A DNA stretch of 64,000 nucleotides from Patescibacteria group bacterium (GTDB taxonomy: Bacteria; Patescibacteriota; Patescibacteriia; UBA10025; JAHIVO01): the NCBI GenBank assembly GCA_041650915.1, contig JBAZKE010000006.1:8961-72960 (forward strand). Reading direction: 5' to 3'. This document shows, piece after piece, positions 37,348-46,800 of this stretch. The translations under genes were made by a program, and so were the position numbers. Numbering within the stretch: position 1 is the stretch's first letter; each line of letters starts with the position of its first letter. Under the pieces are notes generated by a model. That model ran no database searches. It saw only the letters and a program-made list of their open reading frames with translations, and had not been told where the DNA came from.

Positions 37348-37881
37348 ATGGCACTAGATTACGCAAAATATGCATCTAACTCCGTCGGCGTCGTGACCGA
37401 GCCGCTCAATTATACTCACCCGCAAGCCCCGACTGAGAAAACCTACCACGGCATCGCAATTTCGATCAACGGTGCCGTTGTGGGCCGCGTCCAGTCATGG
37501 AACAATAAGGGCGGTAAAACTCGTGAGGCTTCTCACGTTTACGAACTAAACAACCGTACCTTCGGGCGCCCCGTCGATGTTGTGCCTGGCGTGGCCAAAG
37601 GGTACACTATTGCGGCTTCTGCGCTTGAATTATGGGGCAAGGAGATCGAATTTATCCTTGGATCTTCAACACGTTACATCGATCTCGTGAGCCAAACGGC
37701 TCCGTTCACCGCCGAGGAATTCTGGCACCGCGGCTCTAACCCTTATGAAACGTGGACGTACCTTGGCTGCTGGATGACTGATATGGATCAATCCGAATTC
37801 AAATCGGACGGTGATGCTAAAGTTACGACCAACGTGAACTTTACGTATACCGCTAGAATGCACATTCAGCATTCTATCTAG
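37348..37881 (+). CDS. Hypothetical protein (177 aa), candidate tail component
   Basis: RBS AAAGGTGA. Lies upstream of the tape-measure module. Confidence 0.5.
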   Translation: MALDYAKYASNSVGVVTEPLNYTHPQAPTEKTYHGIAISINGAVVGRVQSWNNKGGKTREASHVYELNNRTFGRPVDVVPGVAKGYTIAASALELWGKEIEFILGSSTRYIDLVSQTAPFTAEEFWHRGSNPYETWTYLGCWMTDMDQSEFKSDGDAKVTTNVNFTYTARMHIQHSI

Positions 37882-37937
37882 ATTTTGGTAAATACCTAAA
37901 TTCTTTGTTGTAAAACGTCCTCCGTCAGGAGGATACG

Positions 37938-38741
37938 ATGCCGACATTTGCACGCATTGATGCCAAGAGTGCTACTGTTTCCCACCACCTCCGGGCCGCG
38001 CGCCAAGTAATTCTCAATTCCCTTCCTCGTCCGTCCGATCGTGCAGTAAACAAAGTATTGGAAAGGCTCACGCAGGCATATCAAACTTTGCCGCTGCACA
38101 GGCTTACCCTTTTGATGCAGGTTATTGAAACAGCCCCGAGGATTAAACGCGCGGAATCGATGCGAAATGTTTATCAGCAACTGGACAACATTTTGCTGGA
38201 TTTGGGACACTGTACAAAAACACCAGATCAAGACGACGCCATTTTAGCGTTCATGAAAGCAGTTTCTACCAAGGGGTGGAAAACTCAGGAATTGAATGAA
38301 CGCGAGACGCAACAAGATGGATTCAAACAGTCACAAGACTACATCGATACTATTGCCGTCGACGCAGACGAACTCCTGCAAACTGAATTCGGCGTAATCT
38401 CGGTTCCCATTGTGCTATTGCAAGGATATTCTATTCCCAAGCAGGCACTGAACGATTGGTCGCAAGAACCTTATAATTTAGACATCGCGGTCGTGTTTGG
38501 CCGCTACATCACGCTTTCACCGGTTCCATGTATTGGAATTGCTAAAAAATTAGTCGAAATTCATCGGGATAAAGAAACTATCGTCGACATGACAAAATTC
38601 TTCCGGATGGCTCGGGAGCTTAAAGCTGAAATGCCAATTCCATTTCCGCGTCTGGTTGGTGGACATTATTACTGTCCGGTGTGGACAGAACGAGACGAAG
38701 CTCGACGATTTTTGAGACAGTGGGATTTGTTATTGAGATAA
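37938..38741 (+). CDS. Hypothetical protein (267 aa)
   Basis: Strong RBS AGGAGGA held in the hairpin TCCTCC-GTCA-GGAGGA. Confidence 0.55.
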   Translation: MPTFARIDAKSATVSHHLRAARQVILNSLPRPSDRAVNKVLERLTQAYQTLPLHRLTLLMQVIETAPRIKRAESMRNVYQQLDNILLDLGHCTKTPDQDDAILAFMKAVSTKGWKTQELNERETQQDGFKQSQDYIDTIAVDADELLQTEFGVISVPIVLLQGYSIPKQALNDWSQEPYNLDIAVVFGRYITLSPVPCIGIAKKLVEIHRDKETIVDMTKFFRMARELKAEMPIPFPRLVGGHYYCPVWTERDEARRFLRQWDLLLR

Positions 38742-38772
38742 CTGTAAAACCCAACCTCACTTTGAGGTCCCA

Positions 38773-39867
38773 ATGCCCACACAAAAAACCGGAATGACTC
38801 CTCCCCAAAATCCTGCTGCGCCGACGACCCCTGTGCCAACCCAGGAAGTGTCGCAGCAAGCGCCCACGCTGCAGCCTGGACAGTCGATGACTATCGGTGG
38901 GCGCGAGATGACGAGGATGTCGGTGCTCGGCGCAGTGAACGAGCACATGCAGACAACGGGCAAAGATCTATTCGGCAACCCCGCTGGAGGAGGCGTTAGT
39001 CCAGACGCCGCACAATTCGCGGCAGACGCAGCGCAACTGGGACTGAACGTTACGGCTGAGCCACAGCGCAGACCAGATCTGCCAGTACGTCAGGTGCCAC
39101 GACAAGAGGACGCTGATGTCGTTCGTCCGCCGGAAAAAGATGAAAACCCGAACGAATTGGTCAATATTATTTCCGACCAGATCAACATGGCGCATCGGTC
39201 AGGAAATGAAGATCTGGCTAATGAATTACGGGAAACTTTGAATAAACTCCTGGGCACGCAACAGTCACTCAAAAAAGTGCACAGGGCCAAAAAAGAGAAC
39301 GCTATTCTGTCCAGGTTGAAGGCCGACCTAGGTATTCAGAAAATCAAACCCGTGTCAGTGGATTGGGGCGGGTACAAATGGCACTTTGCTCCAGCCCCCG
39401 CAGCCATGGACCGTTGGCTCGTCGCGATGGCAGCGACTGATGGTGCCAACATGTATTCCGTCCTCAAGGTCGCGATTTCCCTGGTAGGGATTGATGGCGA
39501 ACCCGTATGGAAGGTCCTGGGCATCGAGCTAGAAGCAGATTACCGCCAGGATGGCAGTGACAAAACTGTGCGTGTGCCGCTGTACACGCGTCTTTGCCCG
39601 TCGTGTGGCAATAATGTCGGCTTTGAGACTGATACGTGTCAGCAGTGCGGAACACTGCTCGACGTATTTTCCATGCCGCTGCCTCTACGGCTCCGGTGTG
39701 CGGATGCGGTGAACCAGTTTTTCCAGAATGATTTCGGTCCGTACGAGCAACTGGTCGATTTGTACGATTTGCTCAATAAAGCAATGCCAGACCGAATTAA
39801 AAACCACAACGATATCTACCCTTTTCTGAAAGTATCCCAGCCGCAGCCGCAGCCGACCCTTACTTAG
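38773..39867 (+). CDS. Hypothetical protein (364 aa) with zinc ribbon
   Basis: RBS TGAGGT. CPSCG...CQQCG motif. Lies just upstream of the tape-measure gene. Confidence 0.55.
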   Translation: MPTQKTGMTPPQNPAAPTTPVPTQEVSQQAPTLQPGQSMTIGGREMTRMSVLGAVNEHMQTTGKDLFGNPAGGGVSPDAAQFAADAAQLGLNVTAEPQRRPDLPVRQVPRQEDADVVRPPEKDENPNELVNIISDQINMAHRSGNEDLANELRETLNKLLGTQQSLKKVHRAKKENAILSRLKADLGIQKIKPVSVDWGGYKWHFAPAPAAMDRWLVAMAATDGANMYSVLKVAISLVGIDGEPVWKVLGIELEADYRQDGSDKTVRVPLYTRLCPSCGNNVGFETDTCQQCGTLLDVFSMPLPLRLRCADAVNQFFQNDFGPYEQLVDLYDLLNKAMPDRIKNHNDIYPFLKVSQPQPQPTLT

Positions 39868-39893
39868 CAATTTGGGGTCGTGTTTGTGCTAGG

Positions 39894-40307
39894 TTGAGGC
39901 TTTCGCCGCTGGAAGAGCGCGCGAAGCAGTTGTACTACAATCCCACGGCTTTGCTGTGGACCGATTGGAATTGTGGGCAGGAAAACGATGCAACGTTTGA
40001 TCGCCTAGGTGATATGCTGGGCGTGCGCTGGACCCGGGAACAAGTCGAACAGGTTTTCAACAGTCGTACGGACCCCCGGCAAAAGCTGGAAACTATTTCG
40101 ATCCCACTGACATTTGTAATTCAGCCTGAGTTCCAAGAGGCTGTCAAAAGTATGTTTGGTTCTAAGTTCGGTATTGACCCGCCTGAATGGGCCAAGACTG
40201 CAACGGTGGTTGAAGGTTGGGATATCCCTCGCGATCAATTCATGCATTTGGCTCGCGGTGCTTCCGTGGCGATCCCTGTGGAGCAAATGCGACAGCGTAA
40301 GCACTAG
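39894..40307 (+). CDS. Hypothetical protein (137 aa), position of a tail-assembly chaperone
   Basis: ORF immediately before the tape-measure gene. Start codon uncertain. Confidence 0.4.
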   Translation: MRLSPLEERAKQLYYNPTALLWTDWNCGQENDATFDRLGDMLGVRWTREQVEQVFNSRTDPRQKLETISIPLTFVIQPEFQEAVKSMFGSKFGIDPPEWAKTATVVEGWDIPRDQFMHLARGASVAIPVEQMRQRKH

Positions 40308-40315
40308 GTGAAGTC

Positions 40316-43018
40316 ATGACGGTATTGGGCGGCACTCCTCCAGGCGGAACTGGCAGCGGTAAAGGCGGAAACCCGCCTGCAACCCCGTCTAACATCAATC
40401 TTGCTAGCAGCACGGCGTCGATTAATGCCGAAACCGAAGCCTTGCTGCCCAATACCAAAGCACTAGATCAAAACGAGGGTGCACGTGAACGCTTAGGGCG
40501 ACTACAGAAACAAAAGATACCCGAAACGTTCCTGGAATATTTAAAACGCGAAACAGAAGAACTTCAAAAAGCCACCGTGGCCATGGGGCAGTATCGTCAA
40601 TATGTCGGTCAAAGCTTTGAAGCGGTCAAAGGCTTCATGACCGAAATGCAGAACATGAATTCGTTGACTGCAATTTACACGAGAACCTTGAACCAGCTCG
40701 AGCACAGCACACAAACCTATACGTCGTCCATGCAGGCCAATACGGACAACATGGGGCAGGCAACAGAACAAGCCGATAGATTCTTTGAGGGTACCAGGGC
40801 AGCAGCAGCAGAAGCAGAAAATCTAGCTGCTACGTATAAAATGTCCTCGGAGGAAATCAACGCAGCGAGTCGCACGGCGCAGAAAATGTTCGCAACCCAA
40901 CTCGGGGCCATGGACGACGTGGGCCAGGGCATGAAAGACCTGCAGAAGAATTCAATAGTACTGGGTCGCTATCTTGGCGTTGATCAAAAAGAAGTCATGG
41001 AATCTTGGCGCGAACGTATGGAAGCGTCGAACATGACTTTGGAAGACGCGCAGCAAGAAACCGCGATGCTCACGAAGGTCACGGACCAGTACACCAAGGA
41101 ATTGACCTCGCTGAGCGGCGAGATGCTCAAGACGGCTAAAATCGGCAAAAAAGAGATGTTCGAGGCGACCAAGGCCATCAACAATGAGTTTAAAATCGGG
41201 GTGCCGAATGTCGTCGCGTATACTAACGCCATGGCCAAAATGGCCGTGCAGGCAGCTAAATTCGGTGGAACAAAAAATGAGCAAAAAGATGCCATGGAAG
41301 GCGTGCTTCGACTAGGCAAGTCGCTCACAACGGTGAAGGGCGAATTCGGGCTCATGGGTATGCTGGCGTCTGAAAAACTATACGCCCAGTTTAAGACGGC
41401 ACCAGAAACTTTGTCCAAAGGTCTACGTGAGCGCTTCAGTGCACGCGCCAGCATGATGGAGGGGGCACCCGACATCATGAAACGCCAGTACGCGATGGAA
41501 ACTGCTGGAGGGAGTAAAGAATTTACGCGCTTGGCTTTCGCTGAGTTAGCTGCAAAAGGTAGCGGAAATGTAGATCAATTAGCTGCACAAATACAAGAAG
41601 TTGCTGGTGGTTCGGCCATAACAGCGCGTATGCTCGCCAGTGCAACTTTGTCTAAGGATGAAAAGTCTTTCGACAAAGCATTCAGCGAGCTAGAAGAATC
41701 TAACAAAACTGAAGCACAAAAACAGCTCGATAAAGTGGAAGAGACCGTTAAAAACGGAGCGAAAACCAATACACTGCTGGGTAATGTCGTAAGTGAACTA
41801 CAAAAAATTCAAAAATACATGATGTATATGGCCGTAGGAAGCCCCATATTGTCTGCACTTGCCGGACCATTGGCTGGTAAGCTGCTCGGGGGTGTACTAG
41901 GTTTAGGCACTAAAGTCCTTGCAGGCGGCGCAGTGACCAGCGCAACTTCAACGACAGCAGCCGGAACCATTGTAACGGGCGGCAGTACTGCTGCGGCTAC
42001 GGGTGCCGGCGCGCTCGCAGCGATCAAGGCGGCTGCCGCGGCTGCGGCGGTCCCTGCTGCGCTGGCCGCAGGTGCTGCAGCTGTGGGCTATGTTGGGTAT
42101 AAAGCGTTCAAGGCTCACGAAGGCGATAAGGAAGACGAAGCGTCGGGCAGAAGAGCGCGTGGCGGGGCTAAATTCTCGAAATGGTTGACAGGGCAGGATT
42201 CCGTAGATCTAAACAATGTCGTTATGAATATGTCGTGGGAGGAATTAGCCAACAGGAAAAAAATGATCGTTGAGCTTAAAAAGGACGTAACTAGGCTAAA
42301 AAGTCTGGGCGACAAGATGACGGAAGTAGACAAAAAAGAGCTAGAACTACGTGAGGAAAAGCTCGCTAAAATACAGAAATCTATCAAAGCCATTACCGAC
42401 GCCGAGGCGAAAGAAAAAGCGTTCACCGACCAAGAGCTTAATGCACGCCATGAAGCCACTGTGGCAGAAACCGTGAAGCGCGGTTTTGCCAATCTGGACG
42501 TTAGAGGCGGCACTCAAGGTATGGTGGCATCTTTCCTTTCTGGTCAAGGCCAAGATGTCATGCGCGGCGACTTTGCAGGTAATATCGCTGCGGCACTCGA
42601 GGGAAGCGAAGGCAAAGCGCTCAAGGAAAAGCTCGGTGAGGTTGGATTTAAAGAGTTTACAACGGCGTTAAACAAAGAAACTATGATTAAACAGATGGGT
42701 ATAGCGACATACGCCGAAGAGGCAAGAGTGCGTCGAGGCAGTAATACGCAAATAGCAGAAGAATGGGGCAAACGCGGGCGTGGTGCGGCGTCCACCATCA
42801 TAGGGTTCACAGACGAAGAGCGTAAAGCCGTAAACAAGGGAACCAAATTGAGCATTTCGGCTGCCGCGGGAGATGACGGCAGCATTGCAATTCCCACAGT
42901 CGACGCCAACGGCACCATGACGATAGCTATGCCGTCGCAGTTCTTGAGAATAAACGGTAATGCGATGTCGACACAAATGTCAGATCTGCAGAACACCAAC
43001 AGCAAGCCCGGTCTGTAA
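40316..43018 (+). CDS. Putative tail tape-measure protein (900 aa)
   Basis: Long alpha-helical, coiled-coil-rich protein. A central G/A-rich hydrophobic segment AAGTIVTGGSTAAATGAGALAAIKAAAAAAA. RBS AGGTGAAG. Confidence 0.6.
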   Translation: MTVLGGTPPGGTGSGKGGNPPATPSNINLASSTASINAETEALLPNTKALDQNEGARERLGRLQKQKIPETFLEYLKRETEELQKATVAMGQYRQYVGQSFEAVKGFMTEMQNMNSLTAIYTRTLNQLEHSTQTYTSSMQANTDNMGQATEQADRFFEGTRAAAAEAENLAATYKMSSEEINAASRTAQKMFATQLGAMDDVGQGMKDLQKNSIVLGRYLGVDQKEVMESWRERMEASNMTLEDAQQETAMLTKVTDQYTKELTSLSGEMLKTAKIGKKEMFEATKAINNEFKIGVPNVVAYTNAMAKMAVQAAKFGGTKNEQKDAMEGVLRLGKSLTTVKGEFGLMGMLASEKLYAQFKTAPETLSKGLRERFSARASMMEGAPDIMKRQYAMETAGGSKEFTRLAFAELAAKGSGNVDQLAAQIQEVAGGSAITARMLASATLSKDEKSFDKAFSELEESNKTEAQKQLDKVEETVKNGAKTNTLLGNVVSELQKIQKYMMYMAVGSPILSALAGPLAGKLLGGVLGLGTKVLAGGAVTSATSTTAAGTIVTGGSTAAATGAGALAAIKAAAAAAAVPAALAAGAAAVGYVGYKAFKAHEGDKEDEASGRRARGGAKFSKWLTGQDSVDLNNVVMNMSWEELANRKKMIVELKKDVTRLKSLGDKMTEVDKKELELREEKLAKIQKSIKAITDAEAKEKAFTDQELNARHEATVAETVKRGFANLDVRGGTQGMVASFLSGQGQDVMRGDFAGNIAAALEGSEGKALKEKLGEVGFKEFTTALNKETMIKQMGIATYAEEARVRRGSNTQIAEEWGKRGRGAASTIIGFTDEERKAVNKGTKLSISAAAGDDGSIAIPTVDANGTMTIAMPSQFLRINGNAMSTQMSDLQNTNSKPGL

Positions 43019-43041
43019 AACCGTTTCAGAAAGGATTTCAC

Positions 43042-43269
43042 ATGTCACAAAAACTTCGTAAGTGCATTCAACTCGGTAAAGTGGTGGTTCGTAATCGGAC
43101 TTCCGGCGAAGTCATTGTGTATTACCCACTGCCAGACGGCTCGCCAGCGACTGCCACCATTTCCCCCGGTGGAAGTATGGAACTAGCGCCCAAGTTCACC
43201 ACGCCGGCCATGTTGATGAAATCCAACCTGGAAGAGCTGGCCCGCAAAGGCCACGTGACTTTCATATAA
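43042..43269 (+). CDS. Hypothetical small protein (75 aa)
   Basis: RBS AAAGGA. Confidence 0.45.
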   Translation: MSQKLRKCIQLGKVVVRNRTSGEVIVYYPLPDGSPATATISPGGSMELAPKFTTPAMLMKSNLEELARKGHVTFI

Positions 43270-44150
43270 TGCAATGTCACATCCATGACAATGTTCCCGC
43301 CAGTGCAGATTTATTAGTCATTCACCACATTAAACCGCAAGCATTCGGCGGGCAAGACATACCTGAAAACCGTGTGATGCTGTGCGCATCATGTCACGAC
43401 GTTCTGCATAAAGCAGAACATAAATTATCCAAAGGAAAGACCGGAGAAGCACTAGATATTATCGATCGCTTTTTACCGAATCAGACTGCCAGGCAACAGC
43501 GTCTCCGTGCACTGATGAATTCTGTGGCCTCGGCGCGTAAGGCTTGGAAGACCAAGTCGAATGTTGTTCCGGAGGCTCAGGGTAAAGTTGACGACACTGT
43601 AATCGTACAGCTAAATCTTCCGATTTGGTTACACCATAGGCTAAAAACAACCGCGCAAGATCAACAGGTTGGGTTGTACAAGCTCTGCCTCCGGGTGCTG
43701 GAGCAATATGTCGTCAAGCAAGACATGCCAACCTTGGACCCGGCTATACCCGCGGCTCCGGCACCAGAAGTAAAGTTCATCGCACCGAAGCCAAATAAAA
43801 TAATCCAGATCTGGAATGTTTTGGATAAAGCCGACGCCATGGAACTCGAAACACGAATGTTGTCCGCGGGATCGAAAGAGCGCTATTGCGAGATCATGCA
43901 AAAGGCACTCAAGCTATCCCCGTTGCCCCGCCACTTAGAAGATAAAGATTTTAGTCTGGACGACGCGTTCGGGCTGCTGACATGTGTGTTCGACAAACTT
44001 AAAAAAGCGCAAATGCGCGGAGTCGACGAACTATACTGCGGTGTACTTTTGCTGGCGCTCAAGGGTTACCCCGTTACTTTACAAATCCAGGCAGAAGCTC
44101 AGCACTATAAAACAACAAAATGGTTATTGCATTTATTTCCTGCTGCGTAA
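43269..44150 (+). CDS. HNH nuclease domain protein (293 aa)
   Basis: N-terminal HHIKPQAFGGQDIPENRVMLCASCHDVLH (HNH motif). Confidence 0.6.
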   Translation: MQCHIHDNVPASADLLVIHHIKPQAFGGQDIPENRVMLCASCHDVLHKAEHKLSKGKTGEALDIIDRFLPNQTARQQRLRALMNSVASARKAWKTKSNVVPEAQGKVDDTVIVQLNLPIWLHHRLKTTAQDQQVGLYKLCLRVLEQYVVKQDMPTLDPAIPAAPAPEVKFIAPKPNKIIQIWNVLDKADAMELETRMLSAGSKERYCEIMQKALKLSPLPRHLEDKDFSLDDAFGLLTCVFDKLKKAQMRGVDELYCGVLLLALKGYPVTLQIQAEAQHYKTTKWLLHLFPAA

Positions 44151-44183
44151 ATCACCTTAAAGTTTAGTAGTTTGGAGGTCTCG

Positions 44184-44555
44184 ATGGATACTTTTGTCTT
44201 TCGCGATGCTGTATATCGGCGTGTAATAGTTTCCCGTACGGCGGCTAGTGCCATGCAGGAGCTGCAGAGCGTTCCTCGAGATCTCACCGAGGAACAATTC
44301 GATGGCCTGTTGTGGCCGCTCGCAGAGAAGATGGTGCAGCAGTGTAGCACCAAAGATAAAGGGCCGACTACACGCGAGTGGTGCGTGTACTCTGGCGACA
44401 ACCAGCAGGGCCTACAAAGCATGCATCTTGACCGGCAAGACGCCGTAGATCATGCTTTTATGTGGTTGCAACGCTATTTCTTGACTGGCCTTCGTGGTAA
44501 CCCAAAAATCAAGAATTTCGATACTTTCCTGCAAGAATACGTGAAAAATCACTAG
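44184..44555 (+). CDS. Hypothetical protein with N-terminal hairpin tag MDTFVFRDAVYRRV
   Basis: ATG at 44184 inside the track ORF 44172..44555 (TTG start). Tag at residues 3-12. Confidence 0.5.
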   Translation: MDTFVFRDAVYRRVIVSRTAASAMQELQSVPRDLTEEQFDGLLWPLAEKMVQQCSTKDKGPTTREWCVYSGDNQQGLQSMHLDRQDAVDHAFMWLQRYFLTGLRGNPKIKNFDTFLQEYVKNH

Positions 44556-44581
44556 CTTCGATCTTTCCCGCCCCTTTCTGC

Positions 44582-44610
44582 TTGACTTCCTCCGAATAAC
44601 TGAATATAGT
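44582..44610 (+). promoter_or_regulatory. Sigma70-like promoter P4 (TTTCTGCTTGACT-17-TATAGT)
   Basis: -35 at 44582-44587 and -10 at 44605-44610. Followed by a 14-bp inverted repeat in the leader. Confidence 0.5.
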
Positions 44611-44675
44611 GGGTGCTGTTGCGCTGCCGGCGGATCCATTAATTTTGCCGCTGAATACCGGCCGCCGGCAGCGCA

Positions 44676-45029
44676 ATGCCTACAACCGAAAGGAAACCAA
44701 TGTCCCTAATCATCGATCCAACTGCACAAAATGACACACCTTCTCCTGCTTCGGAACCAGAACAAACCCCAAACGCTGATGGAATGATGACCCCAGTCAT
44801 CATGCTGTTCTGTCCCAGATGCCATGCACAGGCCGCCATGGAAGTCAGGCCTATGATGCTACTGCTTAGGTCCGATGGTGTCTTGGTAGTGGAGGAGAAG
44901 GAAGGTGAGGAGATCATCGGCCAGGCATTTGTCGTCGGGATGTCGCAGCCGCAGGCCAAGTGCCCGCAGTGTTCTTCGGGTGGAATCATCGTGCCGAACG
45001 GCGGCATGCCGCCGAATCTGAAGTTATAA
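44676..45029 (+). CDS. Small zinc-ribbon protein (CPRCH...CPQCS)
   Basis: Track ORF. An internal ATG about 24 nt downstream has a better RBS (AAAGGAAACCA). Confidence 0.5.
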   Translation: MPTTERKPMSLIIDPTAQNDTPSPASEPEQTPNADGMMTPVIMLFCPRCHAQAAMEVRPMMLLLRSDGVLVVEEKEGEEIIGQAFVVGMSQPQAKCPQCSSGGIIVPNGGMPPNLKL

Positions 45030-45166
45030 CCTCTCGGATTGGTTGGTGTAGTCCTAATAATTACAGACACTTACATTTATTGTAAAAACACCTTATCTGT
45101 ATTGACTGGCACGGTAACATTTACCGTGACCATAAACCACGGACAGGTGTCCGCGAGAGGTTTGTA

Positions 45167-45928
45167 ATGTATTTGATTTTTTCTTTGCTCCTGCTCATTC
45201 AGCAGGACACGCCAGTGACGGTTTCGGCAGGAGCCCGCGGGTTTGTTCCAAGCCTGGTGGCTTCCTCGCGTCCTCCCAGTAAGGCCGACATCGTCAAATC
45301 CATTGAAGCTCTCAAAGCGAAAGGGGTTCCAGTTTCTCCCGAAAAAGTAAGCAAATATGCGGACGCAATTCTAACCGCGTCGCGCCAGCACAGCATCGAT
45401 CCATATTTGCTCGTGGCCATCGCCCGCGTAGAAAGTAATTTTACGGCAGCAGTGCGTAAAGATATCCGCTGCTCTTTGCCTCGTCAAGGTTTCTGTTCCC
45501 AAGACTGTGGCGTTACCCAGCAAAACTTTTCCGGTGCACCGAAGTGGGTTAAATTTCGGTGTGCTCAAGTGCAGAAAGATTATAAAGAATCGTTCATGCT
45601 TGCGGCCGAGGAACTCGCCAAGCACACGGAATGGTGTCGAGAGAAAATTCACCTCGACAGAGTGCCCGAACGCTGCATACTTAATCGGTACAACGGCGGG
45701 CCTATGTACCGAAAGGAAGAACAGTGCAAGCGTCTGTACAGCCAATGCTCGGCATTGCCCGAGGACCGAAAGCAAAAGTGCCTGTTTGGTCGGCGGCGCT
45801 GCATGATTATCGCAACGTACTGGACACGAGTTCTGTGCTTCCACCAAGCAGCGCGCACCGCAACTACACCTACGCGCGACTGCCGGTGGTGCTGGAGCGT
45901 CGACTCCATCGATAAACATTTTGAGTAA
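45167..45928 (+). CDS. Lytic transglycosylase (SLT domain) with N-terminal membrane or signal segment
   Basis: SIDPYLLVAIARVESNF (SLT catalytic region, E in ESN). Hydrophobic N-terminus MYLIFSLLLLIQQ. RBS GAGAGG. Confidence 0.7.
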   Translation: MYLIFSLLLLIQQDTPVTVSAGARGFVPSLVASSRPPSKADIVKSIEALKAKGVPVSPEKVSKYADAILTASRQHSIDPYLLVAIARVESNFTAAVRKDIRCSLPRQGFCSQDCGVTQQNFSGAPKWVKFRCAQVQKDYKESFMLAAEELAKHTEWCREKIHLDRVPERCILNRYNGGPMYRKEEQCKRLYSQCSALPEDRKQKCLFGRRRCMIIATYWTRVLCFHQAARTATTPTRDCRWCWSVDSIDKHFE

Positions 45929-45970
45929 GGTGAAGAGTTTTATCTTAGCCTAATTTCTTACGTAAAGGTA

Positions 45971-46132
45971 TGATTTCCATGGAAAATTCACCAGAAAATA
46001 AGCAGCAGACAGCAGACTCTGCACCACCGCTGCCGGTCAAAACGGCTGGCCCGGTGTGTCAGCTTGGCTTGCTACCTCCGCCTCCCCCATCACCCTGCAT
46101 AGAGCATCTCTATTTCGACTGCGATTTCTAGC
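45971..46132 (+). CDS. Possible small Pro-rich protein (53 aa)
   Basis: Short ORF with AAAGGTATGA upstream similar to the next gene's leader. Below the ORF-track cutoff. Weak. Confidence 0.25.
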
Positions 46133-46144
46133 AAAACTTAATAG

Positions 46145-46162
46145 CACGTTATCTTTTAGTAG
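46145..46162 (+). promoter_or_regulatory. Conserved CACGTTA...TTTAGTAG promoter-like element (copy 4)
   Basis: CACGTTATCTTTTAGTAG upstream of the 46183 gene. A partial copy lies at about 45943. Confidence 0.35.
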
Positions 46163-46182
46163 TTCTTACGAAAGGTATAATC

Positions 46183-46737
46183 ATGTCCGTACCTAAATTT
46201 ATCCGCGTCGCCGGTCAATTATATCGTTTGGCTGAGCCACCGCCGCAGTTCACACAGGACAAAGACGAGCTTGGGAAGCTCGAGGCAGATCTCGAGATGG
46301 CAGAATCTATTGGCGCTACCGAAAACGCCAAGCAGATTAGGCAAAAAATTGAACAGCTAAAAACAGCTTTCGCACCCAGAGATAAATATTATGCTGACAT
46401 GCCCGGCGCGAAGTACGTAATTGCACTTTCTCCCGAAGAAGAAGAGATTCTATTCCAGATCCATGAGGGACAGGGCGACGCCGTCTATGCAGTCGCGAGC
46501 CGCAGTCATAGCGCTGGGTTAACTTGGGTCACTGAGGACGAACTCTCGACCGTAGTGTCTCGTCTTGCCTGGCTGCTCAGTGACGCGACCATCACAGCGG
46601 AGATGTCGGAACAAGAGCAAGAGACTGCCGCCTCGCTTCTCTATGAACTAGAAAACCTATCGTCCGGCAGCACTGGAATTGAGTATCCTCCTGGTGTCAT
46701 CCGGGAATTTGATTTGCAGACCCCACCCAGCGCTTAG
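46183..46737 (+). CDS. Hypothetical protein (184 aa) with N-terminal hairpin tag MSVPKFIRVAGQLYRL
   Basis: RBS AAAGGT. Tag at residues 5-15. Confidence 0.6.
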   Translation: MSVPKFIRVAGQLYRLAEPPPQFTQDKDELGKLEADLEMAESIGATENAKQIRQKIEQLKTAFAPRDKYYADMPGAKYVIALSPEEEEILFQIHEGQGDAVYAVASRSHSAGLTWVTEDELSTVVSRLAWLLSDATITAEMSEQEQETAASLLYELENLSSGSTGIEYPPGVIREFDLQTPPSA

Positions 46738-46800
46738 TTTCATCTGTTTCCTGCTTTCTACCTTATATCTAGGTAGATTTGCGTCTACCGGAGAACCTCC

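Noticed and set aside
40984-43041. Minus-strand ORFs within the tape-measure gene.
   Set aside because: Shadow ORFs. The tape-measure frame is continuous for 2.7 kb.
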